Source: a virus
Taxonomy: Duplodnaviria; Heunggongvirae; Uroviricota; Caudoviricetes
IMG/VR virus record: IMGVR_UViG_3300018050_002226
Reading direction: 5' to 3' (one strand)
Length of the DNA: 34,722 nt
Below, piece after piece: positions 8,895-18,278 of this stretch. A model generated the notes under the pieces. The model was not told the origin of the DNA and searched no databases. It worked only from the letters and a program-made list of their open reading frames with translations. Numbering within the stretch: the first letter of the stretch is position 1; the number at the start of each line of letters is the position of its first letter. Position numbers and translations under genes: made by a program.

Positions 8895-9710
8895 TTATTT
8901 ATAAAGTTTATCATCCAAATTGGAACCTTTCATAAAGGCGGCTTGTTTGTTATCTTGAAACTTTTGGATATCTTCAATTGTTTTTTGATACTCCTTAATT
9001 AGACGGTCTTTCTCCAAAGTTTCCTGTCTGAGTTTCATAACCGTTTGTTGAAGTGCATCGAATTTATTTTTGTCTACACCTCCAGTCTCCTTTTCAACAA
9101 TCACTTCTTTTACGACTTCGACGATTTTTTCAATTGGTACTTCCACCCTTTTTTCGTGTACCACAACTTTCTCCACGGGTATTTCTTTAATAACCTCCAC
9201 CACCTTCGGAGGTTGGTTTTCAAGTTGTTGTATTTTTGATAACAGCTCGTTAATTTGTGTGTCATCGGAAACTTTGACTATTTTTTCTACAACTTTTTCA
9301 ACCGGTACTTCTTTCACAACCTCTTGAACCACAACTTTTTCAACCGGTACTTCTTTTATGATTTCTACTACTTTTTCTACCACTCTGTCTACGGGGACCT
9401 CTTTTATTACCTCTACAACTTTTTCAACTGAGACTTCCTTAACAACTTCTACAGGTTTTTCAACCTCAACATACTCGATTTTTACAACCTCTCTTTCTTC
9501 TATTTTCGGTACCTCTACATACTTCACCACTTCCTTCTCAACAATCTTCTCTTTGACTTGAGGACCAGCATTCAAAAGACCATACCTTTCAATGTTAAAT
9601 CCAGTTGTAAAGGAATCCTTGACAACTGAACTTATAAGAAGGTCATTTAGATTACAATAAGCAACTAAATCCTTGTGTTCTTCAGCCGTAAGTTTGAGTT
9701 TTACTTCCAT
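8895..9710 (-). CDS. Protein with EKVVEV/KEVPV (alveolin/IMCp-like) repeats and C-terminal coiled coil
   Basis: Repeated VEKVVEVIKEVPV-type units over ~160 aa. Confidence 0.8.
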   Translation of the reverse strand: MEVKLKLTAEEHKDLVAYCNLNDLLISSVVKDSFTTGFNIERYGLLNAGPQVKEKIVEKEVVKYVEVPKIEEREVVKIEYVEVEKPVEVVKEVSVEKVVEVIKEVPVDRVVEKVVEIIKEVPVEKVVVQEVVKEVPVEKVVEKIVKVSDDTQINELLSKIQQLENQPPKVVEVIKEIPVEKVVVHEKRVEVPIEKIVEVVKEVIVEKETGGVDKNKFDALQQTVMKLRQETLEKDRLIKEYQKTIEDIQKFQDNKQAAFMKGSNLDDKLYK

Positions 9711-9711
9711 T

Positions 9712-10491
9712 TTAGAAGTTGATTAACTTTTCAGTTCCTTCAACAAGACAATCTATTGAGTTTATATAAAATGAAAGGAATGGTTTGGGGTTTGGTAAAT
9801 CTACAAAGTCATATTGGTCCTTATCAATCTGATAAACTCCATATCCATGTTTTCTAACGGTCTCACCAAAGTTCTGTTGAATGGTAGAACCGACCATGTA
9901 AGCCTTCTTACCACCAGGGATATCAAAGATTTGTCTTTTGTGAATATCACCACACAAAACTAAATCACAACCTTTGAATTTATTAACATCAAATCCCTCT
10001 TCAAATTTATATCCAATATCCGTATAAAGTCCTTGCACTGGTCCATGAAAAAGACCTATGTTTAACTTATCGGACTTAATAATTTGTGGGGGAACATTAT
10101 GGTCCATCAAGGAAAAAACACACCAATTGATGTTATCGTCTACATACACACCTCTTTCTTTGTAGTAAACTATATTTTCATTTTTCAACGATTCTATAAT
10201 TGGTGTCAAAGCATCCAACCTCGATGTGTTGTTTTCCAAGAAGTCGTGGTTTCCTATAATGACAACTGTTTTTGTGATTTTAGAACATTCAGTCAATATC
10301 CATGCCACGAATTCGATGAGTTCAGGTGTCATTTGATTTTTGGAATGAACCAAATCACCGGTAAAAACAATCCTGTCTGGTTTGATAGATTTCCACTCAT
10401 GCAAGGCCTGTTCAAGGACTTTTTTATACAAATCATGGTCCTTGAAAAGTCTTATATGTAAGTCAGAAAAGTGGATTAATTTATTTATCAC
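9712..10491 (-). CDS. sbcD: SbcD/Mre11 (gp47-like) metallophosphoesterase nuclease, short form
   Basis: HFSDLH, FTGDLVH, IGNHD, LFHG, GDIHKRQ motifs. Confidence 0.88.
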   Translation of the reverse strand: MINKLIHFSDLHIRLFKDHDLYKKVLEQALHEWKSIKPDRIVFTGDLVHSKNQMTPELIEFVAWILTECSKITKTVVIIGNHDFLENNTSRLDALTPIIESLKNENIVYYKERGVYVDDNINWCVFSLMDHNVPPQIIKSDKLNIGLFHGPVQGLYTDIGYKFEEGFDVNKFKGCDLVLCGDIHKRQIFDIPGGKKAYMVGSTIQQNFGETVRKHGYGVYQIDKDQYDFVDLPNPKPFLSFYINSIDCLVEGTEKLINF

Positions 10492-10723
10492 TTTCTACAA
10501 TTTTTTCTTCTTCCAATGGATTGAACCCTTTGTTTACATGATTACACTCAATACACATGTAGACTGGAAAGGGAACTGGTTGGTCATGAGACGCCCCTTG
10601 AAGTTTTGAAACCCACTTGAGGTAAAGAGCTTCTTTAAAATATACACTTCCGCATTTCTCACATTTAATTGTAGGACACTCTCGGATGTTAATCCTTGGT
10701 GTCAATAAGTCTTGTTGGTCCAT
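10481..10723 (-). CDS. Small zinc-ribbon protein
   Basis: CEKC...CIEC pair. Confidence 0.7.
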   Translation of the reverse strand: MDQQDLLTPRINIRECPTIKCEKCGSVYFKEALYLKWVSKLQGASHDQPVPFPVYMCIECNHVNKGFNPLEEEKIVESDK

Positions 10724-10773
10724 AAAAATAGTTTGTTTAAATATAATAAAAATTTACACCAAATTCAACTGAG

Positions 10774-11616
10774 TTACTTCTTAATGTACTTATTAACGTC
10801 CATGTTCATTACAGTATCAATAACATTTTTTGGAACTCTGAATTCTTCGAACTGTGTATCTTCTCTCAAATGTGCAATAATACATCCATAGAGTTTTAAA
10901 TTCTCATACTTCGTACCTTGAAGCATCTTTACCAATAGTTTACCATATAGAGGTAATTGGACGTAATAGTGTCCTAAAGCTGTGTTCGGTAAACTATCAA
11001 AAGGTTTATACATTCTTTCAGTATAAGAGGTCTCTTGGAAGTTTTTGGGTTTGTTTGTTTTCCAATCAGTAATTAATAACCCGAATTCAGTTCCCGCCTT
11101 ATTCATCGTCAACCATACCTTATCGGGTTGACCTGTATATCCAAGGTCAGGGTCACCCAAGACCATTTCAGTATCTAGTAAAACAACCTTCCTTTGCTCA
11201 AGTAATTCCAAATATCTTTTACCCGCAACAATCATTTTATCACTAGTCATTAGTTGAGTCAAGTCACAATCGAAAATTGGTTTTCTCAAATCTTTGTACG
11301 AACCATTTTTTTTGACAACCTCATCTTCTAAAACAAAGTGAACTCTACTTCCGAGATTAGTTGAATAGCTACCCGCAGCCGCCCATTCTTCCATCAATTG
11401 TTTTTGTCTTTCAGGGTCCCCACCTGCTTTGTTATAAGCGGCCTCTTCGGTGGGAAATGCTTTATAAAATTTTTTCAATACTTTAGAAACTGACGGATAG
11501 TCCTTACGACCATTCATAGTATAGATGTGTTTTTCTTCTTCGAAAACTAATCCTAATTCGTCTTGACGTTTTTTGATTAATTCTCTAATCTCAGAAGCAA
11601 CAATTTTTAAGTCCAT
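10774..11616 (-). CDS. PD-(D/E)xK exonuclease (RecB/Cas4-like superfamily)
   Basis: YPSVSKVL, GSRVH, DTE, GQPDK, ITDWKT, YVQLPLY motifs. Confidence 0.8.
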   Translation of the reverse strand: MDLKIVASEIRELIKKRQDELGLVFEEEKHIYTMNGRKDYPSVSKVLKKFYKAFPTEEAAYNKAGGDPERQKQLMEEWAAAGSYSTNLGSRVHFVLEDEVVKKNGSYKDLRKPIFDCDLTQLMTSDKMIVAGKRYLELLEQRKVVLLDTEMVLGDPDLGYTGQPDKVWLTMNKAGTEFGLLITDWKTNKPKNFQETSYTERMYKPFDSLPNTALGHYYVQLPLYGKLLVKMLQGTKYENLKLYGCIIAHLREDTQFEEFRVPKNVIDTVMNMDVNKYIKK

Positions 11617-11619
11617 GTA

Positions 11620-12534
11620 TTATTTTATTTCGTGATAAAATTCGGAAATGTTTCCTTTCAAGTCACAAATATCCTTATCTTTTGGCAATTTAACAATTTT
11701 AATTTTGTTATAGAGCCTTCCACCGTTCAGTTCGTGATAAATCTTCAAACCATCCTCCCAAGCATCCCCGTCCGTGCAGACAATAATGTTCCCCTGAGCC
11801 TTTTCGTAAATTGTAGTAAATGCCAGTTTTGATAATTTCTTACCGAGCATAACCAAAGGATTGTCCAAGAAAAAACTATCAAAGACACCTTCACAGAGAA
11901 AGACATCTTTACTCCAATCAATCAATCCCTCGTTGAAAATAATCTCATCTTTTTGGGCTGTTGGGTTTTTGTATTTCATTTTTTTGGGAACCCAAGCCCT
12001 CGCAACAAAATAATTCAAATTACCTTGAGAGTTATAGGAAGGAACAATAACTCTGTATGCAAAATCCCCTTTGACAGTATATCCGATTTTGTATTTCTCA
12101 ATCATCTCATCGGTAATTCCTCTGTCCTTTAAATAACTGTAAGCCTCTCTGTGAGGAATAAATCTTGAGTTGGAATCTTTGAATTGGGTATAACCTTCAG
12201 GGAGCCTTAAATAAACTCTTTTTTTGTCTTCGATTTTGAGTTCTTCAGGTTTGACTAAATCGTAAAGTTTTTTTTGTTTCTTGGTCCCCCACTTGTCAAA
12301 CAATTTACCGAGTGGTCCGTGTGTTCCGAGTGTGTCTCCACAAGCCCAACACTTGTATACGTGTCTTGAATAATTTACTTCGAAGTTCCCTTTACCATCA
12401 CCGTTTTCCAATCCTTTTTCTGCTGCGCAGACAGGACAATCGAATGAAATTTGTGCTTTCGATTCATAGTGATTTTTGGGGTCACCTAAAACATCACTCA
12501 AAAGTTCAATAAGTACTTCTACTTCGTCTTGCAT
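11620..12534 (-). CDS. dnaG: DNA primase (Zn finger + TOPRIM)
   Basis: CPVC...HVYKCWAC zinc finger, YLKDRGI, LCEGVFD, DGDAW, KDICD; start revised to MQDEVE (TAATG overlap with the upstream stop). Confidence 0.9.
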   Translation of the reverse strand: MQDEVEVLIELLSDVLGDPKNHYESKAQISFDCPVCAAEKGLENGDGKGNFEVNYSRHVYKCWACGDTLGTHGPLGKLFDKWGTKKQKKLYDLVKPEELKIEDKKRVYLRLPEGYTQFKDSNSRFIPHREAYSYLKDRGITDEMIEKYKIGYTVKGDFAYRVIVPSYNSQGNLNYFVARAWVPKKMKYKNPTAQKDEIIFNEGLIDWSKDVFLCEGVFDSFFLDNPLVMLGKKLSKLAFTTIYEKAQGNIIVCTDGDAWEDGLKIYHELNGGRLYNKIKIVKLPKDKDICDLKGNISEFYHEIK

Positions 12535-12719
12535 TAACCCGCAAAGTTTTTCCAATTATTGTCATCGGGGTCAGGAGCCAAAATATGTTTCCTCCACCAT
12601 TTTTTTATTGGGTGGGACTCATTAAACTTTCTCTCAATGATTACACCAACGACCATTCCCAAACAGGTCAAGAATAGTAAACAGAGCCAAACAATTCCAA
12701 CTATTTTTAAAATTTCCAT
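12534..12719 (-). CDS. Small single-pass membrane protein
   Basis: Hydrophobic N-terminal 28 aa, then HPIKKWWRKH. Confidence 0.6.
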   Translation of the reverse strand: MEILKIVGIVWLCLLFLTCLGMVVGVIIERKFNESHPIKKWWRKHILAPDPDDNNWKNFAG

Positions 12720-12720
12720 A

Positions 12721-13110
12721 TTATTTCCAATTTATTCTTTTTATTTCGTAGTAACCGTTCAAACTTAAACCGAAATATGAAAGGCGGTTTTGTATTTTAT
12801 CTACAATAGATTTTCTAATAAATCTGTTGATTTTAATTTTGGAAAATCCATTTTCGGTTAAAATTTTGGAGGAGAACCACTCCAAACCTTTTGAAGATTT
12901 TCTTGCTCTAATTACTCCTTGGAAGGTAACGTCTACTTCCAAAGTGTATGGAAATCTTGAGTTAATTCCATAGGAAGTATTGTAAAATCTAAGGTTTTCA
13001 ATAAAAATTTTACCCTCGATATTTTGTTCTTTGATTTTCAATTCTTGCGAAAACTTCAGAACTTTTGATTTGAGAAATTGAGTTTCGTTTGACTTTTCAC
13101 ATCTTAACAT
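12721..13110 (-). CDS. Hypothetical basic protein
   Basis: 129-aa ORF with a full promoter match upstream. Confidence 0.65.
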   Translation of the reverse strand: MLRCEKSNETQFLKSKVLKFSQELKIKEQNIEGKIFIENLRFYNTSYGINSRFPYTLEVDVTFQGVIRARKSSKGLEWFSSKILTENGFSKIKINRFIRKSIVDKIQNRLSYFGLSLNGYYEIKRINWK

Positions 13111-13114
13111 ATTA

Positions 13115-13146
13115 CAAAGATAAGATATGTTTTGTAATCTACCAAA
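13115..13146 (-). promoter_or_regulatory. Full Bacteroidota sigma70 promoter: TTTG-N20-TATCTTTG
   Basis: -33 TTTG at 13143-13146, 20-nt spacer, -7 TATCTTTG at 13115-13122, ending 4 nt before ATG 13110. Confidence 0.6.
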
Positions 13147-13153
13147 AAATTTT

Positions 13154-13756
13154 TTACCAAAGGTCTACTGATTTCATATAACCTAGCACAGCACAATAGG
13201 CATCTGTTTGGTCGTAGTTTTCTTTTTTCAGGGTATTATTTTTGGTGTATTGCCAAGTTATTTGGGGTTCTCTTTTTGCAACAAGTTCCCAAATAACAAC
13301 TTTTTTATCTATGTCTTTTGAAAATCCACCGAACAATACAAACTTACCTTTTTCATTTTTTTGGACCAAGTGAGGGAAAGCGAATTTTCTTGAGTTATAT
13401 GTTGAAATAAATTCAGGGACTATACCCAAAACATCATATACTTCTTTACAAATAAGAGTGTTATATCTCATAAGTGTGCTAACAGTCCATATGTTATTGG
13501 AGTTAAGTAAGGGTTCTTCGATTACAACCTTTTGTATTCCAAGACCAACGTATTGTTGTAATTTATTTCTAAAAATAATTGCTTTGAGAATTAATTCCTC
13601 CATTTTATTTTCGACATCCTTAGGTCTTGGGGAAATATGAGTGAGCTCTAATAGATTTTTGGATTCTATATCAAAAAGTGCCCATCCGATTGTTTTTGTT
13701 GAAATATCTAAACCGAGGACTTTCGGTGAATCCTCTTTGATTTGTTTACGTCCCAT
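13154..13756 (-). CDS. ruvC: RuvC-like Holliday junction resolvase
   Basis: VLGLDISTKTIGWA, VVIEEP, DQTDAY acidic triad pattern. Confidence 0.75.
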   Translation of the reverse strand: MGRKQIKEDSPKVLGLDISTKTIGWALFDIESKNLLELTHISPRPKDVENKMEELILKAIIFRNKLQQYVGLGIQKVVIEEPLLNSNNIWTVSTLMRYNTLICKEVYDVLGIVPEFISTYNSRKFAFPHLVQKNEKGKFVLFGGFSKDIDKKVVIWELVAKREPQITWQYTKNNTLKKENYDQTDAYCAVLGYMKSVDLW

Positions 13757-13758
13757 AA

Positions 13759-16008
13759 TTAGAAATCTAATTTAACTACATACTGCTGAACGCCTTGTCT
13801 TTTCTCAGGAGATTGTAGTTTAGATATAACTATAAGATTATAATTTGAATCGTAAAGACCAATTTCGGTGACGTAAGATGTTGTCCCTGAAATCCATGTA
13901 GGGTTTGAAGTATTTGTAAATTGGTTTCTACCCAAATTCACAAGATATTTCATTTCGTAAATGGTTGCAGCAATATCAGTTTCCAAACTTCCGTAGAAAT
14001 AATACTCACCTCCAAAGTTTAAAGTTGGTCCTGTTGCGCCAAGTAGAGGGATATCGATATAATTTGAGAGATTGTATGTATTGGGAGCTGCGTTGTCGAA
14101 AGTTGTGCCGTCTATTTGGAAAGTGTTTCCAGTAATTCCACTCACGGTTAAATACCCGTTCAACAATGTAGTTGAAATATCTGAAGTAACATCTATTTCT
14201 CTCCATTCAGTTTGTGAAGGTTTTGTATCTCCACTCACTTTTTGAACCAATAATTTGATTGAGTTTGCACTAAAACCTGTAACGTTAGTAGAACTCCAAT
14301 TTGAATTCAAATAAGGAAATTCATCTCCAAATTGAACAGCCAAATTATAACAATTAGTTGTTGTAGTGTTACTTGGTGCTTTAACTTTGGAATAGTAGTT
14401 ACAATGTAATGAATTTGTAAAACCACTTGAATTTGAGTCCAATCTATATGACACCCAAATTGTATCTGAGGACTGGGTGAATAAAGGAAGGTTATTATTT
14501 GTACTACAAACATTTGGAACAACGGCACTGACTTTTGGAGCCGTTAATGTCCAATTTCTGTTAGATTTGTTAGAAAGTGCTGCAACAATCTCTTCATCAT
14601 CGATTACAATAATTTGTTGGTCAGGGAAAACTTTACCTACCCTGTTCAAATTATTATTAGCATCTGGATTCAAATCCCAAAGTTGGAAATACCTCATACC
14701 TGGTTCATTCATCCTCAGGTTCTTGGTAGACTTCATATAATGAGGTTTACACAAATCATAATTAGGTGGGTCAATCATGAAAGTCTGACCAATTGTAGAC
14801 CCTGTCGATTTGTGCCACATTAATGTTGGAATATAAAGTTTGAAGTGACGAGCAAGTCCTATATCGTCTGTAGGGTTTTGTGGGTCAAAAGGGACGGTTG
14901 CAAATTTTTCACCATAGACAAAATCAATATCTTGATTTGTGTAGTGAATTATTGCAATGGCTTTTTGCTGATTTGGGTATACTTTAATTTCTTCATCATA
15001 AGAATTGTAGTAGTACGTATCAGTAAGTTCGTTCGCTCTTGTTGTAGAGATTTCGAAGGTTTGACCTGATTGAGTTGAATATCCCAAATACTCTTTCGAA
15101 CCTAAATATGAAACTGAATCGTAATATTGATATCCTTGTACTGTATTAGAAAAAACTCCTGCGGGACTTTCTGACCAAGGAATATTCATGTTCCAAATCA
15201 AAGTATTTTCCCTGTTTGTAACATCACACGGAGATTCGAAATTCAACGTATCAGTTTGCCAATATGGAGCTGGTGTAATGAAGTCATAAAGAACAGTCAT
15301 TCCCGAAGGATAAATTAGTGTTCTTGTATAACTTCCTGATGTAAGGGCTGTATAGTTAGGTACTTCTCTATCTAGTGTAACTACCCAAGGACTCTGACTT
15401 GTAGTACCAACTGACGGTGATAAATTAGTAATCTTATAAGTTAATATTGGGACATTGTTGACATCTTGACAACTACCAATTCCGTCAAAGAAAATCGTGA
15501 TGAAATCACCTATTGAAGGTGTTCCTGTTGTAGTCGCACAAATAGTAGGGTCAAGTTCAATTGAAATTGAAGTCTGACCAGAACAGGTTGACATATCAAC
15601 AACATAGTTTGAGGTTATTGTGTAGGCCGAACTTATCTGAGCAACCCAAGGTGTGGTTGAACCAGTGTTGAAAAATCCCTTTAATCCGGCACTGTTGTAA
15701 ACCAATTGGTAATCGCTAGCCATGAATGGAATTCCAAATGTACCACCCTGTCCACCTGAAACGTAATAAGGGTATTTGATATTTTCTTTGTTAGCCTCCG
15801 GAAAACCCGTATTATTTTGAGCATCGAAAGAAGGCATCAAGATATTGTTATTAACCTGATTGTAATTTGTTGCTGCGGTGTAACAAACTTCACTATCTCC
15901 AATTTGAAAATAAGAAATATTGAAACTTCCTTGGGAGATTTGTCTTCTCCCTACGTCAGTCAATCTTGTATTAATTAAACCAGATGTATTTTTAATTACG
16001 TAACCCAT
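13759..16008 (-). CDS. Virion baseplate/tail-collar-like structural protein
   Basis: N-terminal LTDVGRRQIS...YFQIGD and C-terminal TEIGLYDSNYNLIVISKL..P resemble the two halves of tail-collar fibre (DUF3751-like) domains; beta-rich interior. Confidence 0.55.
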   Translation of the reverse strand: MGYVIKNTSGLINTRLTDVGRRQISQGSFNISYFQIGDSEVCYTAATNYNQVNNNILMPSFDAQNNTGFPEANKENIKYPYYVSGGQGGTFGIPFMASDYQLVYNSAGLKGFFNTGSTTPWVAQISSAYTITSNYVVDMSTCSGQTSISIELDPTICATTTGTPSIGDFITIFFDGIGSCQDVNNVPILTYKITNLSPSVGTTSQSPWVVTLDREVPNYTALTSGSYTRTLIYPSGMTVLYDFITPAPYWQTDTLNFESPCDVTNRENTLIWNMNIPWSESPAGVFSNTVQGYQYYDSVSYLGSKEYLGYSTQSGQTFEISTTRANELTDTYYYNSYDEEIKVYPNQQKAIAIIHYTNQDIDFVYGEKFATVPFDPQNPTDDIGLARHFKLYIPTLMWHKSTGSTIGQTFMIDPPNYDLCKPHYMKSTKNLRMNEPGMRYFQLWDLNPDANNNLNRVGKVFPDQQIIVIDDEEIVAALSNKSNRNWTLTAPKVSAVVPNVCSTNNNLPLFTQSSDTIWVSYRLDSNSSGFTNSLHCNYYSKVKAPSNTTTTNCYNLAVQFGDEFPYLNSNWSSTNVTGFSANSIKLLVQKVSGDTKPSQTEWREIDVTSDISTTLLNGYLTVSGITGNTFQIDGTTFDNAAPNTYNLSNYIDIPLLGATGPTLNFGGEYYFYGSLETDIAATIYEMKYLVNLGRNQFTNTSNPTWISGTTSYVTEIGLYDSNYNLIVISKLQSPEKRQGVQQYVVKLDF

Positions 16009-16012
16009 CCCT

Positions 16013-16020
16013 TATAAATA
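16013..16020 (-). promoter_or_regulatory. TAnTTATA motif (TATTTATA)
   Basis: 4 nt before ATG 16008. Confidence 0.5.
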
Positions 16021-16046
16021 TAGTTTTTTAGATTTCATTTTATAGT

Positions 16047-18245
16047 CTAACTTGAAATTGTGTAAGTATGATTATTGACCAATACCAAATTCTGTGTTTG
16101 AACCGTATAACATGGATTTCCTAAAACTTTGAAATTTGAAAGGGTCATCGAAATTGTTTGTTTAGCTGTGGTTGAGCAGTTAAATTGAGTAATTCCACCC
16201 GTAATATTCAAAGATGAAACAGTTGTACCTGTCAAAATAAAACCATTTCCTAAAGTAACAAGAGTTGATTGTGAATAATTTTCATTAGATGCTGAAACTA
16301 AAGCCGAATTACATGTACTTGGAATACTTTGAGTTATAACAGGAGACGTTGTTAAAGTAAGAGTAGAATTATTTTGAACCGCAACGTTAGATGCATTGAT
16401 TATATAAGTTGTTACTGGACCTGAAGAGCTAGTCGGACCTTGTTCTGTTTGTGAAATTTCGAACAAAATTTGACCCGTTAAAGAAACACCAGCAGGTATT
16501 GGTGGATTAGAAGTTATTTTCCATGTTACTGTTTGTAAACTTGGTCCACTTGCAACAGGTCCATTACTTGTAATGATTTCAGGTTTCAATTGCAAAGTAG
16601 TTGCGGCTCCTGAACCAATTGTTATGGATTGTGTATAAGTTTGATTTACAGCATCTTTTATTGTGAGACCGAAAGTAGAAGGACACAAATTGTTAAAAAT
16701 ATTTGAACTTTGGAAATTAACACCATTAACCGAGTAGCTGAATGGTGGCATTCCACCTCCTGGCACAACAACCAAACTTCCATTACAAACTCCAGGACAA
16801 GAAGCGGGTGTTATTTGATATTCAAAAACTAATGGAGAAACCGAAGGACATTGACCTCTTGATGAAACAATTTGGGAATAAACACCAGGTGTTCCCAAGA
16901 ACTGCCATCCTGTGTCAGGTATAGTCCCTTGATTTGTAGATATAGGTGTTCCTCCATACGGCCAATTTGTTATATCCCATCTGTTAGGAGTTACTGAGTT
17001 ATTCCATATAATCGAAAGATTTTTTGAATAATTATACCAAGTTGGTTTCCCGTTTTGGTTTCCAGAGGTTACGAAAGTCAGAGGTAATTCCTTATACATA
17101 GCAGAACCTCCAGACCCTCCGAAGCTCGGTGGTGAAACAAATCTTAAACACAACGGTGGAGCGTTAGGTGGTGTTGTTGATGGTGTGGGTGTGATTGTTG
17201 GTGTGGTAGTAGCTGTTGGTGTTGGAGCCAATATATTACACGCAGTTGTGGCGGAATAATCTCCATAATAATCCACAACAAGAACTGTGTACCTTCCATA
17301 AGGTATGTTAGAAATGGTTTGAGTCCTTTCACCAGTATTCCAATAGAAAGTATAAGGTGCTGTTCCACCTGTCACATTAACCGATAATATACCATCAAAT
17401 CTTCCCACAGTTGGCTCTTTAATTAAGTTACACTGAACTCCCATATCGAATAGAGTGAAAACTTCACACTCGTTGGCTAAATTTGGTTGAGCAGAACACG
17501 TAGGTACAGGGGTAGATGTAGGTGTTATGGTTTGCGTTTGAGTTTGAGATGGAGTTTGAGTTTGAGATGGAGTTTGAGTAGGTGTTTGAGATGGTGTTTG
17601 TGTGGGTGATGGTGTTGGACAAATAGTAGAAGTCGAAAGATTTAACTTTGTTACTCCTTGATATGGTTTTGTATAATCGAAAACAATTTCTTGACCTGCG
17701 CCTGTAGATGATATCAGATTTCCACAACAGTCGTAATAATAAAAACTTTGAGATGTTACTCCTATACCACAGACAACTTTTGTGGGTGAAGGTGTTTGAG
17801 TTTGGGTTTGTGTTTGAGTAGGTGTTGGTGGTGGTGTGCCCGTTTGTGAAGGTGTTTGAGTTTGGCTTGGTGTTTGGGTTGGAGATGCTGTCAATGTAAG
17901 AGTTGGTGAAGGTGTTTGAGTTTGTGTCTGAGTTTGACTAGGTGTTGGTGGTGTGTAACAATTTCCATCAAATGTACAATCACCCAATATGTTTACAACA
18001 ATCGAGGGAATTTCCGATGGTGTTAATTTTGTTCCACTAAATCCATAGCTAAATTCAATACCATATTCGTTGTCTAAACATATATCATAAACAGCGGTTG
18101 TTCCATCCATGTAAGTCAATAGAGCCCCATTCCAAACAGCTGCAATATAATATCCATTACAAAGTTTTTGCCAAAGGTATATTTCATTAATACCATCAGT
18201 TTGAACTGATTGTGGAATTTCTATATGGTGGCAATTACAAGACAT
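16047..18245 (-). CDS. Thr/Pro-rich, Cys-rich virion-type protein with two SprB-like repeats
   Basis: TPTQTPSQ linkers; GILSVNVTGGTAPYTFYWNTG...YTVLVVD and CNGSLVVVPGGGMPPFSYSVNG...LTIKD units. Confidence 0.75.
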   Translation of the reverse strand: MSCNCHHIEIPQSVQTDGINEIYLWQKLCNGYYIAAVWNGALLTYMDGTTAVYDICLDNEYGIEFSYGFSGTKLTPSEIPSIVVNILGDCTFDGNCYTPPTPSQTQTQTQTPSPTLTLTASPTQTPSQTQTPSQTGTPPPTPTQTQTQTQTPSPTKVVCGIGVTSQSFYYYDCCGNLISSTGAGQEIVFDYTKPYQGVTKLNLSTSTICPTPSPTQTPSQTPTQTPSQTQTPSQTQTQTITPTSTPVPTCSAQPNLANECEVFTLFDMGVQCNLIKEPTVGRFDGILSVNVTGGTAPYTFYWNTGERTQTISNIPYGRYTVLVVDYYGDYSATTACNILAPTPTATTTPTITPTPSTTPPNAPPLCLRFVSPPSFGGSGGSAMYKELPLTFVTSGNQNGKPTWYNYSKNLSIIWNNSVTPNRWDITNWPYGGTPISTNQGTIPDTGWQFLGTPGVYSQIVSSRGQCPSVSPLVFEYQITPASCPGVCNGSLVVVPGGGMPPFSYSVNGVNFQSSNIFNNLCPSTFGLTIKDAVNQTYTQSITIGSGAATTLQLKPEIITSNGPVASGPSLQTVTWKITSNPPIPAGVSLTGQILFEISQTEQGPTSSSGPVTTYIINASNVAVQNNSTLTLTTSPVITQSIPSTCNSALVSASNENYSQSTLVTLGNGFILTGTTVSSLNITGGITQFNCSTTAKQTISMTLSNFKVLGNPCYTVQTQNLVLVNNHTYTISS

Positions 18246-18256
18246 TTTTTATATTC

Positions 18257-18264
18257 TATAATTA
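18257..18264 (-). promoter_or_regulatory. TAnTTATA motif (TAATTATA)
   Basis: 11 nt before ATG 18245. Confidence 0.35.
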
Positions 18265-18278
18265 TAGTTTCATTTTTT

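Noticed and set aside
9045-9561. Plus-strand S/T/F-rich ORFs
   Set aside because: Antisense shadows of the EKVVEV repeats.
10774-11616. Cas4 as a sign of a CRISPR-Cas locus
   Set aside because: No Fe-S Cys cluster, no other cas genes, no array; it sits among replication genes.
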